Origin: Eledone cirrhosa
Lineage: Eukaryota
Assembly: GCA_964016885.1 (NCBI GenBank)
Contig: OZ024740.1
Location: 311,612,001 to 311,676,000, forward strand
DNA: 64,000 nucleotides
Direction of reading: 5' to 3'
The notes below the pieces were generated by a model. That model had not been told where the DNA came from and ran no database searches. It saw only the letters and a program-made list of their open reading frames with translations. The first letter of the stretch is position 1; every line of letters begins with the position of its first letter. Positions 11,252-24,600 of the stretch are shown here, one piece after another. Both the position numbers and the translations under genes were made by a program.

Positions 11252-14200
11252 ATGACCTCACTCAGAATAGGCAGCATAAATGCGCGTGGCTTGGGGTCGT
11301 CATGGAAGCAGGGGCACCTGCTCAACGACCTCAAGTCACTAAACATAGATGTAGTGGCCATCAGCGAGACCAGAATCTCCGAAGCACGGGCCTTCGCACC
11401 GATCTTCGGCGGCTACGATGTGTACGCATCTCCCAGCCGTCCTGGATCGGGGGGAGGAGTTGCTGTGCTTTTTCGGAGAGGTTTGGATCTCGCCATACGG
11501 GCCATCTTCTTGGACCCAGAAGGTAAGTTGGTGGTGCTAGACGTGACCAGCGGAGACGGGCAAGCTTTCAGGCTAGTGGCCGTCTATGCCCCGACAGGAG
11601 CAGGGCAGCCTGATTTCTTCCGGCGTCTGGAGACCTTTCTTGGAACACCCGCTCTTTAGTGTTAGTGGGCGACTGGAACGGGATCTTAGATGCACGCTGG
11701 GACTGTGTGGGATTAGCGGATAGGGGAGGAGGGTGCAAGAGCCTCACCAACCTGCTCAGACGTTTTGAACTGTCTGACAGGTACCGATTGGATTTCCCGA
11801 ATGTGCCAATGTGGACTTGGACAAATCGCATAGGGTCATCCAGATCATATCTAGATAGAGTATTTTGTAGAGAAATAGATAGGTCTAGCATAGGCTGTCC
11901 ACAATTCAAGTTAGTCAGCTACACGGACCACAAATTCGTGATCTGTGTACATGACTTAGATAGGCTTCATAGACGAGGACCCGGCTATTGGAAGCTAAAC
12001 GCGTTCTTACCAGCGCGCAAGGCCTACAGAGACCGGATTAGCGAACTAGTTAAGCGGGCGTTGACGGGGGCCATCGTCAACAAGTGGTGGTTTACTCTGA
12101 AAAGAGCAATTAGAATAGTGTCCATTAGGTTTAGTAAGGCTTTAGCAATAGAGAAAAATAGAGCAGAGGGAGAATTAGTTAGAAAATTAGACGAGGCGCT
12201 TAGCAAAGGCATCGCGACCGACGTACTTGCGGCGAAATTGGCCCTTGACCAATTATTCAATACAAAGCATGAAGGCTGCGTTGTCAGAGCTAGGGTGCGT
12301 GCTGTCAGAAACGAGGGGACGAAAGCCGTTCAATGATCCCGAGTGGCGCATCGTGGCAACAAAGCCACAATCCGGTCTTTGGTGGACCACGACGGGCGCA
12401 TGCTACTCGATCCCGGGCAAATGTGTGAAGGTTTTCAGCAACACTATGCTCAGTTGTTCGGGGGCAGCGGCGAGCCGGATCGAGGGATGGACTTTAGTGT
12501 CTACCTCGACGGACTGAGGCGGAGTGTTGCGAAAAGCCGATAACAGCCGAAGAAAGTACGGGAGGCAATGACTAGCTGCACAAGGGGTAAATCGCCTGGT
12601 TTGGATGGTCTGCCCTATGAACTTTACGTACAGATGTCAGACTTGTTCGGAGGCCTCTTGGCGGACGTCTACTGCAACTGGCAACAGAACGGGAGAATTC
12701 CCAGCTCTGTGAGCCGAGGAGCTGTGGCGCTGCTGAGAAAGGATCCGAACAAGGGGGATAACATAGATAATTTCAGGCCCATAACTATGCTAAACACAGA
12801 GTTCAAGATTTTGGCCAAGGTGCTAGCAAAGAGGTTGGCGCTTGTCGTTGGTCGTCTGGTGGGAGAGGCGCCATTCCCGACAGATCCATCCACGTCAACC
12901 TCCACCTCATGCGATACATCGTAGAGAGGGTAGCTAGGGAACCTGGCACGGGTGGGTCCTTGATCAATTTAGATCAGTCGAAAGCTTTCGATAGAGTCGA
13001 CCATCGTTACCTAGCGGCAGTCCTGAGGGCGGCTGGCTTTGGGCCCGTCTTCAGAGGCTGGATCGCTGCCATGCACAGCGACATCTGCTCTGTGGTGAGA
13101 GTGAACGGTCACCTTTCGGAACCGTTCAACATCATGCGCTCGGTCCGCCAAGGATGTCCCCTCTCGTCCCTCTTGTACGTATTGACTATCGAGCCATTAG
13201 TGCCCAAACTGGATACGTTGAGGGGGGCCCGCGCAAACTAGGATGCGGAAGATCCGTGTCAGCATATGCGGACGATGTCACCGTAGTGGTGTCGAACGCC
13301 AAACACATCGAGGCGATCAGCACTACACTAAGAGAATACGAAGCGGTGACAGGAGCAATGATCAACCAGGAAAAGTCAGTGGGCCTGCAGCTCGGCACCT
13401 GGAGAGGCAGGTCCATGCCGTCCAACAGCGTCGTCGGGCGCTGGACGGACGGACCAATTAAATTGCTCGGGGTCTGGTTCGGTCCGGACCTCCAGACGGA
13501 CAAAAACTGGGACGAGGTGACGAGCAGGGTGGCTTCTCTCACCCAGAAATGGGCGGAGAGGAAGCTATCCCTGAAAGGTCGAGCGGAGTAGGCTAACGCG
13601 TATATCGCGTCCGTCATCTACTATCGCCTGACCGTCGTGCCTTGTCCTAAGCCTCGCCTGACTGCGCTGGAGCGTTTGCTCTTTCGCTTTTTGTGGAAGG
13701 GACGCGCTCCGATGGTCAGGCGGTCCATCTGCTGTCAACACCCGCTACGTAGAGGGCTGGGAATGCCGTGGCTGATGATGCGCAGACACGCGCTCAGGCT
13801 ACGACATCACCTCTTCCTCGACGGTGATCAGGTGTGGTCTCCGTTTGCTAGACACGTCTTTCCCCAGCTCGTCTCTTTGAGGGATCTGCAGACCTGGGTC
13901 AAGCGAAGACCGAGAGGGAGCGCTTGGAGACTGGAATGTCTTCAGGCGCTCACAGCGCTCGACTAATCGGGCAATGTGATCGGTGGAAACTCCACCTTGG
14001 CGTTCTATAGAGGATTAGTGGAGGGGAAGAGCGACGACGTACTTGGGGAAACTCTAGGCGTCGACGAAAATCAACTAGCCAATCTCTTCGGAAGAACTTT
14101 CAGGCCGGGGCCTATGGACAACTTCCAGAAATCCCTAACCTGGCAGTGCTACCCAGGAGCTTTGTCAGTTCGGGATAAACTCTACAGGCATGGAGGTGCC

Positions 14201-14629
14201 GTCAGCCGGGCATGTCCGAGATGCGCGCAGGGCGACGAAACCGTCCTGCACGCACTCGTCCAGTGTCCGAGCATTGCTGACTTGTGGGTTTATGTCGAAC
14301 ACCTGCTGTCACGTGTAGGACGGATCCAGCTATCAGCTGAGTCCATCGTGAGGATTGCCCCGCCCCCTTCCTTTAGCCGGGAAGGGCAGGCAGTTTTTAT
14401 CTGTCTGGTGGCCATGGCGAAAGAGATAGTATGGTGGACACGTTTGAAAGGGCTGAAGACGAGCACTTACCTCTTCGGTGATGCCCTGATTAACTTTTTC
14501 AAATTTCATTTGAAAAGGAAAATCAGGGTAGAGAGGGAAGTGCTCTCTTCCCAGCATTTTGTTGAAAGATGGGTGAGAGAAGCAAGTATGGCCCGAATGA
14601 ATGGGCCTTCTCTGAGTATGTGTCTGTAA
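11252..14629 (+). pseudogene. Tx1-A ORF2 (APE, RT, C-terminal CCHC), multiple frameshifts and stops
   Basis: SINARGL, ISET, VYAP, GDWN, YLDR, TDH; KSPGLDG, FRPI, DQSKAFDRV, RQGCPLS, YADD; CPRC..ETVLHALVQC. Confidence 0.95.
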
Positions 14630-14899
14630 ATTAAAGGTGGAAAACTGGGAGAGGGCACTTGCCCTGGTGGTCAGGGCCACTGTGGTCTTTTAATGGGCTT
14701 TCTCCACAAATGTCCCTTGGAAGTCTCCCCCCTATTGGGGAATTTTTCTTTGTTATTTTATTTCAACCTCTGTTTTTTTACACGCAGAAATGCCCATTTG
14801 TACCGTCCTGTATTGTCCTGTACTGTCCTTAATGTCTACTTTATGTAAACCCTCGTGGTTAATAAAGAAAACATTATTATTATTATTATTATTATTATT

Positions 14900-17800
14900 C
14901 CTTGAATCTCAGTCATTGATGTTGGTTAACTGGAAAGTCCGTTGGATTGAATATCAAGCCACTACCTGCAGCCTCAGATATTCAGGACGTATCGGAGGGT
15001 TCTTGCTGTTCCAAGCAAGCATGCCTTTTGAAGCGTTCCAAAAAGCGTGAAGGGGCCGATTTTCTTTAACCATCCCTGGAAACTTTGGGAGATAGTCCCC
15101 AGTGCGCCTATGACAATCGGGATCACTTTGACTTCATGGCAGTTCCGAATCCTTTTCACCTCCCACTTTAGGTCCTGGTATCGGTTAATTTTCTCCCTCT
15201 CCTTCTCTTGCACTCTCGTGTCGAACGGGCAGGCCACATCTACAATCAGACACGATCTTTTTTCTTTGTCCACAACCACCAGGTCAGGTCTATTGTGTTC
15301 CAGTTTTTTGTCCGTCTGTATCCTAAAATCCCACAGCACCTTCACCTGATTGTTCTCCATCACCGCCTCTGGCCTATGCTCATACCATTTCTCAGAATGT
15401 GGTAAATTGTTTACTTTGCACAGGTGCCAGTGGTTCACCCTGCCCATCACATCATGTCTCCAGCCCTTATAGTGGGTCTGGGCTAGGTGTTTACACTCGG
15501 ACACAATGTGAGCCACAGTCTCCTCTCTCTCTCCACAGATCCTGCACAGTGGGCTAGCCTCCTCCTTGTAAATATGGTGCTTCAACCACTTCGTTTTGAG
15601 GGCCTGCTCCTGCGCAGCCATTAGCATTCCTTCTGTAGCCTTTTTGAGGTCTCCTCTTCTCAACCAGTTCCATGTCTGTGGATCTCTAAATTAAGTTTTC
15701 TCAAAGAAGGTACTATGAAGGGATTTTCCCTTAAGGCTGCTCTTCCTCCTTGATGTTATTTCCTCCTTGGACATCCCCTGGCCTACTGTCCCCTCCTTCA
15801 GTACAGTTCTGAGCATTGGCTCCTTACTATAGGTCACGTATTTGTATAGGTTGTTTTTCTCCATCTGAACACAGTCCTCTATGCTGATAAGACCTCTTCC
15901 ACCCTCAGATCTCCTTAGGTAGAGTCTATCGACATCACTCCTCTTGTGGAACATGTTGTAGATAGTCAATAGCTTCCTAGTCTTCCTATCCATTTCTTTT
16001 TGTTCGGCAACATTCCATCTCAGAATTCCCGCACTGTACCTAATAATAGACACAGCTCGGGAATTTACTGCGCTTATGGCATTTCTGCTGTTCAGATGTG
16101 ACTTCAATACGCTCCTTACTCTCCGAATGTATTCAGATCTTATCAATTCCTTCATTTTTTTGTTCTTTATGCCATCAGCCTCCAGAACGCCCAAATATTT
16201 GTATCCTTCCTCAGAGTCAATTTCCTTTATCATTTCACCTGTTGGTATCTGGATCCCGTTACTTCTGCTCAACCTACCCCTCCTCATCACAATGACTCCA
16301 CATTTACCAATACCAAACTGCATACATATATCATTGCTGAAAATACGGACAGTGTCAACAAGCACATCCAACTCCTTCTCACTCTTCCCGAAGAGCTTAA
16401 GATCGTCCATGAAGAGGAAGTGATTGATGGTAAGCTCTCCCTTTCCCAACTTATATCCTGCTCTCACATTTCGCAGTATAATGGTCAGGGGCATCAGGGC
16501 AAGGACAAACAACAGAGGGGACAGACTATCTCCCTGGAAGATACCTCTCTTGATCTTCACGCCTCCCAAGGATTCTCCAGCTGATGTTAACTCTGTTTTC
16601 CAGGACTTCATAATTTTGCCCAACAACTGTCTGATGTTATCTGCCACCTTGAAGATCTCTAGGCTTTTGGTGATCCAAGATTGAGGCACCATGTCAAATG
16701 CCTTTTTGTAGTCTATCCATCCCATGGCAAGACCAGTGTGTCTCCTCTTGTAATTCCTCATTACCATCTTATCAATAAGTAACTGGTCCTTTGTACCACG
16801 GGACTTCTTTCGGCATCCTTTCTGTTCGTCCGGTAACAAGTTGTTTGTGTGGAGGTGATGGTAGATTTCCTCAGACATAATGCTTGTCAACAGTTTCCAC
16901 ATTACGGACAGACATGTGATAGGTCTATAGTTGGTAACATCATTACCCTTGATTCGGTCTTTCATTACCAGAACTGTGGTACCTTTTGTCAACCACTCTG
17001 GTACCTCACCTGACATCAAGCAGTCATTGAACATGGTTGTCAGTTTCGGGTGGAGGGATGTTATATTTTTAATCCAATACCCCTGCACACCATCTGGGCC
17101 TGGTGATTTCCAGTTGGTTAGTTTTTTGGCCTGCCCCTTAAGAGTTTCAACTGTGATACTCAAATCAGTTTGTTGGTGTGCCTGTTCACTAATCTCCTTT
17201 TGTACTGTCTCAATCCACACTGCCTGGTCATTATGTTTAACATCCTGCTCCCATATTCCTCTCCAGAATGTCTTAGTTTGTTCCGCCTCAGGGATCAAGT
17301 CGTTGCCTCTTTCTTTCCCTTCAAGCTGTCCAAACAGCATCTTCTGGTTGTTGTCAAACATGAGGTTCTGTCTATACTGACTGACTCTGCTCTCGTATCG
17401 CCTAATTTTTGCACTCTTTGCTACAATGCGTTGCTTCAGTTCCTCTATGATAATATTTAACTTTTTCCTCCTAGTTTTGTACTTTATTTCCAGTCTATTT
17501 TTAGTGTCTATGTTTTTTAGTGTCCCATTCAGTAGGGACTCAAGCTTTCCAATGTCATTTCTCATTTCCCTGATTTGACCATTCAGTCGTTTCTTCCACC
17601 AAGGCTCTGATCTTTCTTGTTTGTTGTTTCCTTTCGCTTTTATGCAAAGTAATTTCCTCACCGCATTTGCTGTTGCTTTGAGGATATTGTTGCACTGGTG
17701 AAGGCTCCTCGCCTCAAGGTATGGGATGACTTTGTTTACCTTAGCTGTTGTTTCTTTTAACTTTTTCCTGTCTACAAATCTTAGGTTCATAGGTTGCCCA

Positions 17801-19311
17801 CTATCATTGTTCAATTCATCTACCACTAAGTTTAGGATATCAACCAAATCTTGTCCTAGCCCGTCAGCATTCATCTCCTCAATGGCCGTATCTTTGTTCC
17901 AGGTATTATTTATTTCAGCATTCAGATCATTGTCTGATTCGGATGGTTCCTCCGTTCTCTCAACCTCTTCACCTTCATTTCCCACTGGCTCGTTTTCCTG
18001 GCATACTCCACTCTGCTCAGTTCCTCCAGTTCCAGCTCGCTTATCCACCCCTTAGTTCTTATTACCCGAGCCTGCCCGGCCAATTTTTGTTCATCTAATT
18101 TAAATAGACCAATCTCGTTCCAGATGTTATGCATCCGTTTCCTATAGCCTTTCTCCTTGGGGTTACTCTTCAGGTAACATTGCATAACAGTTCTATTCAA
18201 TTCTTTCGTCCAGTTGGTTCTGGTCCCTTTCCTTCTTCTTCTTCCTCCTCCGACACCAGCAGTATTTGGTTGACAACCAGGTCCCTGCTGCTGAGCCAGG
18301 GGGCACCTGTTGGGTGAGAGTCTGTCACATGACATTCCAGTCTCCACTTCAACGTTATTCGAACTGTTTAGGTTCGACATTTAAACACTCTTATCGAGGA
18401 TTGGTGAATGTATGGTTACATAACCACCGGTGATTTCATCACTCCCGGTGATTTTTGTGTGGCACTATCACGCTGTAGACGAACATAAATAAACAAACAA
18501 ACAAATAGGTAAAAAAAAAACCGAAAAAGAATAATCATAAGTTTCATTGTAATGTAATGTTTGAATGTCTGACTTAGTTTTTCTTTTCCCTTCTCTGTCT
18601 GTCTGTTTGTTTTTCTTTTCATTTTTCTTTTCTTTACGTTTTTCGTTGTTGCTGTGCTGCTTTGATTTTGATTTTTGGTTTTTTGATTTTTTTTACCGGG
18701 TCATCAAATCAGTCTATTTATATATTTTGATGCCTTCCTCTGGTAGTGGGGACACTACGATGCATGTCTTAGCAGGAGGTAGTGGGAGAGAATAGCGGCG
18801 GTAGCGATAATGAGGCAGTGGTTGTGGTGGTGGTCGTGGTGCTGTGATAGTAGTACTTAGCAGTAGGTAGTGGGAGAGAATAGCGGCGGTAGCGTTAATG
18901 AGGCAGTGGTGGTGATGTGATCGTAGTACTGTAGTGATGGTGTTGAAGTTGAAGTAGAAATAGAAGTTGAGGTAACTTGACTAGAGTTTTTGGCGTGGTA
19001 GTGGTGATGGTGGCGGTGGTGGTGTTGGTGGTGAAATTATTTTTCTGTCTGTACACTTAGCCATTTAGCTATTTAGCCATTTTGCCATTTTCCTCTTTTT
19101 CGACTATAACATTTCTGATCCCAAATTAAATATTAAATATTGGGGCCCTATGCCGTAAAGTGATGCGTTATGGCTTGCTGAGCGTGAAAACTGTAATCTT
19201 ATTGTTCATTTGTAATAAGAATTATTCTATCACAGTTGTTTTAAAGAAGTAAAAATCAAAAACTTACGGGAGCGATTCCATAACGATATATATCCACCAT
19301 GTACGTTTTCT
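14900..19311 (-). mobile_element. Dong/R4-type RT-RLE non-LTR retrotransposon family 1, apparently full-length, in (TAA)n
   Basis: N-terminal WTKELN..GYRKRM, RT (IDYKKAFD, QGDSLSP, FMDD), CRIC..ETVAHIVSEC, RHD, RPD..DVACP..EK; (ATT)n on both sides. Confidence 0.9.
14974..18380 (-). pseudogene. Dong-1 single ORF (frameshift near 18000, nonsense near 15691): RT + restriction-like endonuclease
   Basis: ORFs 17922..18380, 15691..18048, 14974..15663. Confidence 0.9.
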
Positions 19312-19551
19312 TTATTATATTTATTATTATTATTGAATGCTATGGTTGACGGAGGCTCGGCTCTGTAAGGTATTGTAAATTTTGACCGCTATAGCAATTG
19401 TAAATTGTTTAAAACTTTAACCAACTTGTAGACAAAAACACCCTCCTCCTCGTGAGAGGGGTCTTTCTGCCCGTTATTTGGCCCTTCGGGGTTAAATAAC
19501 TGCTTATTCGGGTTTTGTGCCCAATATTTATTTTAAACAAAAAAAGACAAC

Positions 19552-21658
19552 ATGGCTACGAAAAAGAATTTTCATAGGTCACTCCCACTCTTTCCGTCTT
19601 CTTCTTCCTCAATCGTCACTACAGCAGAGAGAAGATTATCTCTCTCCCTCCCTTCTTTAAATGTTTCTCTCTCCCTCCCTTCTCTTTCGCAAGCGACGAC
19701 AGAAAAGAAGAGTCTCGTGCAAAGCGTGCAAGATTTCCCCACGACGACGACGACAACGACGAAACAGGTGTGCGGGAAATACGAAAACCCATTTCATTCG
19801 TCTGACGTCAAGAATAATAGCAGTAGCAGCCGTAATAACAACAGCAACAGTGACAATGAAAACAACAGTAGCAGCCGCAACAGCATCAGCAGCAGCAGCA
19901 TAAACAACAACAGTATTAGCAGCAGCAACAACAACAACAACAACCACAGCAACAGCGGCGGCAGCAGTAGTCGTAGTACCTGCAGCAACAACAAAAGTAA
20001 CAGCAGCTCTGACGACAACAACAACAACAACAGCAGCAAAGAAAAACCAATCTCGTTTGCAGGTATCGCAAAGAACCTGGAAACGATCCTCATAACAAAT
20101 GAGGAATTAGAGGAAGCGAAGAAGATGGTGACAAAAACTGGACACCGAGCAATCTGCAAGGCAGCGGAAAAATTTTTCGAAACCCAACAGCACTGTACGG
20201 TCACGTACCGTACAGTAAGTACAAAATCCCGTAGGGTTGAAAGAGCCACAGTGGCTCAAATACAAAAAGCCTTGGGGTCTGTGTTGCAGCGGAAAACGCA
20301 CATCAACCGAGGCAAGAAATATGCCACCGTAGACGTACTTTTTGCCACACCCCAGGAGGCAAAGGCTCAATCCTTAGTGACCCTAAGGAGCGAGGAAATG
20401 GTGTTGGTGCCCTCCTACTGCGGGCAAAAAATTGTGAGGGTCAAATTAACCCACGCCCCCCCCCCCGGGATGGCCCCTTCTTAGCTGGCCGCGTCTGTCC
20501 TCGTTGGAATCGAGGACAAAACGACTGTAATGCAAGTACAGAAAAAAGTTATAGAAGATTGGGTCGGCACCTCCATTGAGATGTTAATCCAAACCAACCA
20601 GGAATGCATCGAAGCTATCCCGGATGTGATAGACTTCGATAACGGCACTCAACTGCCCATAAGTGTTGAGGGCAAACGCCCGAAATGCTTTCGTTGTGGA
20701 TCGAAGACTCACCTTCTTCAACGAGAAGACCCTGAGAGAGGAGAAAACCCCCCTCCTTTCGAAACCGGCTCCACGGCTACCAGCAACAGGACAAGCGGCA
20801 ACCAGGAAGGATAGGTCCGTGGCACCCATACCCACGCCACGGAAATCAAAAACAGCAGCAGCAGTGGAAGTATTAACAGCAACAACAACAGCAATACCAA
20901 ATGCAGCTGCAATAGAGACTCCAGTGCAAACATCACCAACAACAACAAGTGAAAGAGTGGCTGGTACCCCTCCTCGACCTCTCAGAATCAGACATGGAGT
21001 GTGAGGTGGGAGAGGGATGGCAAAAGGTCGTAAGAAGGCACAAACGCAGAAGCAGCGCATCGTCGCCTTTGAAAAGGGAGGAAAGAAATGAAAAAAGGGT
21101 AAAGGCTACTGCAAAGAGACTCACAGCAGCAACACCACCAACACCATCACCACCCACACTAGCACCACCATCACCACCGGCGACAACCCACCGCCAACAA
21201 CACCCTCAACACCACCACCACAAGCACCAACATCGCAAACACAACAACAAAACACACACACCCAGCAACAACGACAAGAAAATAGCAGAACCCCACCCCA
21301 CCCCCAGAAAAACAAATGCACGGCAATAAATACACACAACAAGAAACTAATGACTTACATAATTGAACACACAGACATTTCACAACACGACTACATAATA
21401 CCAGCACCAATCAAAACGCCAACTAACATAAGACTGCTAAAAATAGCACAGAAACAATACACAAACATTAAAACGAAATTCCCCAACGCAGTTGGTGATT
21501 TCAGAGACCTAGGAGGAACTATCAACCGAAGAGTATATTCGGACATACTCATAGAAGAGCCGACGACCAGCCGAAGGGACGATTCAACGGTCCCTTCACC
21601 AGACGATCAAGTGAAAAGGGATGGAAAAACCATCCCTCCTCTACGAAAAGTACGGTAA
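19552..21658 (+). pseudogene. Tx1-B ORF1 (frameshifted)
   Basis: ISFAGIAK, PSYCGQK, VEGKRPKCFRCGSKTH; homologous to A ORF1. Confidence 0.8.
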
Positions 21659-21693
21659 GTGGTCTTTCCCATCTTTTCCACTCTATTTTAAAC

Positions 21694-24600
21694 ATGACCT
21701 CACTCAGAATAGGCAGCATAAATGCGCATGGCTTGGGGTCGTCATGGAAGCAGGGTCACCTGCTCAACGACCTCAGGTCACTAAACATAGATGTAGTGGC
21801 CATCAGCGAGACCAGAATCTCCGAAGCACGGGCCTTCGCACCGATCTTCGGCGGCTACGATGTGTACGCATCTCCCAGCCGTCCTGGATCGGGGGGAGGA
21901 GTTGCTGTGCTTTTTCGGAGAGGTTTGGATCTCGCCATACGGGCCATCTTCCTGGACCCAGAAGGTAAGTTGGTGGTGCTGGACGTGACCAGCGGAGACG
22001 GGCAAGCTTTCAGGCTAGTGGCCGTCTATGCCCCGACAGGAGCAGGGCGGCCTGATTTCTTCCGGCGTCTGCAGACCTTTCTTGGAACGTCCCGCTCTTT
22101 AGTGTTAGTGGGCGACTGGAACGGGATCTTAGATGCACGTTGGGACTGTGTGGGATTAGCGGATAGGGGTGGAGGTTGCAAGAGCCTCACCAACCTGCTC
22201 AGGCGTTTTGAACTGTCTGACAGGTACCGATTGGATTTCCCGAATATGCCAATGTGGACTTGGACAAATCGCATAGGGTCATCCAGATCATATCTAGATA
22301 GAGTATTTTGTAGGGAAATAGATAGGTCTAGCATAGGCTGTCCACAATTCAAGATAGTCAGCTACACGGACCACAAATTCGTGATCTGTGTGCTTGACTT
22401 AGATAGGCTTCATAGACGAGGACTCGGCAACTGGAAGCTAAACGCGTTCTTACCAGCGCGCAAGGCCTACAGAGACCGGATTAGCGAACTAGTTAAGCGG
22501 GCGTTGGCGGGGGCCATCGTCAACAACAAGTGGTGGTTTGCTCTGAAAAGAGCGATTAGAATAGAATCGATTAGGTTTAGTAAGGCTTTAGCAATAAAGA
22601 AAAATAGAGCAGAGGGAGAACTAGTTAGAAAATTAGACGAGGCGCTTAGCAAAGGCATCGCGACCGACATGCTTGCGGCGAAATTGGCCCTTGACCAATT
22701 CTTCTATGCAAAGCACGAAGGCTGCATTGTCAGAGCAAGGGTGCGTGCTCTCAGACACGAGGGGACGAAAGCCGTTCAATGGGCCCGAGTGGCGGAGGCG
22801 CATCGTGGCAACAAAGCCACGATCCGGTCTTTGGTGGACCACGACGGGCGCATGCTACTCGATCCCGGGAAAATGTGTGAAGGTTTTCAGCGACACTTCG
22901 CTCAGCTGTTCGGGGGCAGCGGTGGGCCGGGTGGAGGGATGGACTTTAGTGTCTACCTCGACGGACTGCCGCGGCTCTCGGCCACTGAGGCGAGGTGTTG
23001 TGAAAAGCCGATAACAGCCGCTGAAGTAAGGAAGACAATGACTGGCTGCTCAAGGGGTAAATCGCCTGGTTTGGATGGTCTGCCCTATGAACTTTACGTA
23101 CAGATCCCAGACTTGTTCGGAGGCCTCTTGGCGGACGTCTACTGCAACTGGCAACAGAACGGGAGAATTCCCAGTTCTGTGAGCCGAGGAGTGGTGGCAC
23201 TGCTGAGAAAGGATCCGAACAAGGGGGATAACATAGATAATTTCCGGCCCATAACTCTGCTAAACACAGAGTTCAAGATTTTGGCCAAAGGTGCTAGCAA
23301 AGAGGTTGGCGCTTGTCGTTGGTGGTCTGGTGGGAGAGGCGCAGACATGCGCCATTCCCGACAGATCCATCCACGACAACCTCCACCTCATGAGATACAT
23401 CGTAGAGAGGGTAGCTAGGGAACCTGGCACGGGTGGGTCCTTGATCAATTTAGATCAGTCGAAAGCTTTCGATAGGGTCGACCATCGTTACCTAGCGGCA
23501 GTCCTGAGGGCGGCTGGCTTTGGGCCCGTCTTCAGAGGTTGGATCGCTGCCATGCACAGCGACATCTGCTCTGTGGTGAGAGTGAACGGTCACCTTTCGG
23601 AACCGTTCAACATCATGCGCTCGGTCCGCGAAGGATGTCCCCTCTCGTCCCTCTTGTACGTATTGACTCCCGAGCCATTACTGCCCAAACTGGAGACGTT
23701 GAGGGGCGTCCCGCGCGAACTAGGATGCGGAAGATCCGTGTCAGCATATGCGGACGATGTCACCGTAGTGGTGTCGAACGCCAAACACATCGAGGCGATC
23801 GGCACTACACTAAGAGAATACGAAGCGGTGACAGGAGCAATGATCAACCAGGAAAAGTCAGTGGGCCTGCAGCTCGGCACCTGGAGAGGCAGGTCCATGC
23901 CGTCCAACAGCGTCGTCGGACGCTGGACGGACGGACCGGTTAAATTGCTAGGGGTCTGGTTCGGTCCGGACTTCCAGACGGACAAAAACTGGGACGAGGT
24001 GACGAGCAGGGTGGCTTCTCTCACCCAGAAATGGGCGGAGAGGAAGCTATCCCTGAAAGGTCTAGCGGATGTGGCTAACGCGTACATCGCGTCTGTCATC
24101 TGCTACCACCTGACCGTCGTACCTTGTCCTAAGCCTCGCCTGACTGCGCTGGAGCGTTTGCTCTTTCGCTTTTTGTGGAAGGGACGCGCTCCGATGGCCA
24201 GGCGGTCCATCTGTTGTCAACACCCGCTACGTGGAGGGCTGGACATGCCGTGGCTGATGATGCGCAGGCACGCGCTCAAGTTACGACATCTCCACCTCTT
24301 CCTTGACGGTGATCAGGTGTGGTCGCCGTTTGCTAGGAACGTATTTCCCCAGCTCGTTTCCTTGACGGAGCTGCAGTCCTGGGTCAAGCGAAGACCGAGA
24401 GGGAGCGCCGGGAGACTGGAATGTCTTCAGGAGCTCAGAGCCCTCGACCAATCGGGCAATGTGATTGGTGGAAACTCCACCTCGGCGTTCTATAGAGGAT
24501 TAGTGGAGGGGAAGAGCGACGACGTACTTGGGGAAACTCTAGGCGTCGACGAAAATCAACTAGCCAATCTCTTCGGAAGAACTTTCGGGCCAGGGCCTAT

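Larger units (their letters stand above)
9070..14872 (+). mobile_element. Tx1-type (L1 clade) LINE copy A, full-length, degenerate, inserted in (ATT)n
   Basis: ORF1 with CCHC knuckle, ORF2 APE-RT-zinc finger, ends AATAAAGAAAAC then (ATT)n. Confidence 0.9.

Noticed and set aside
18700-19090. Intact upstream ORF in the Dong-1 leader
   Set aside because: Frames from the ATGs checked hit stops early; at most a decayed ORF
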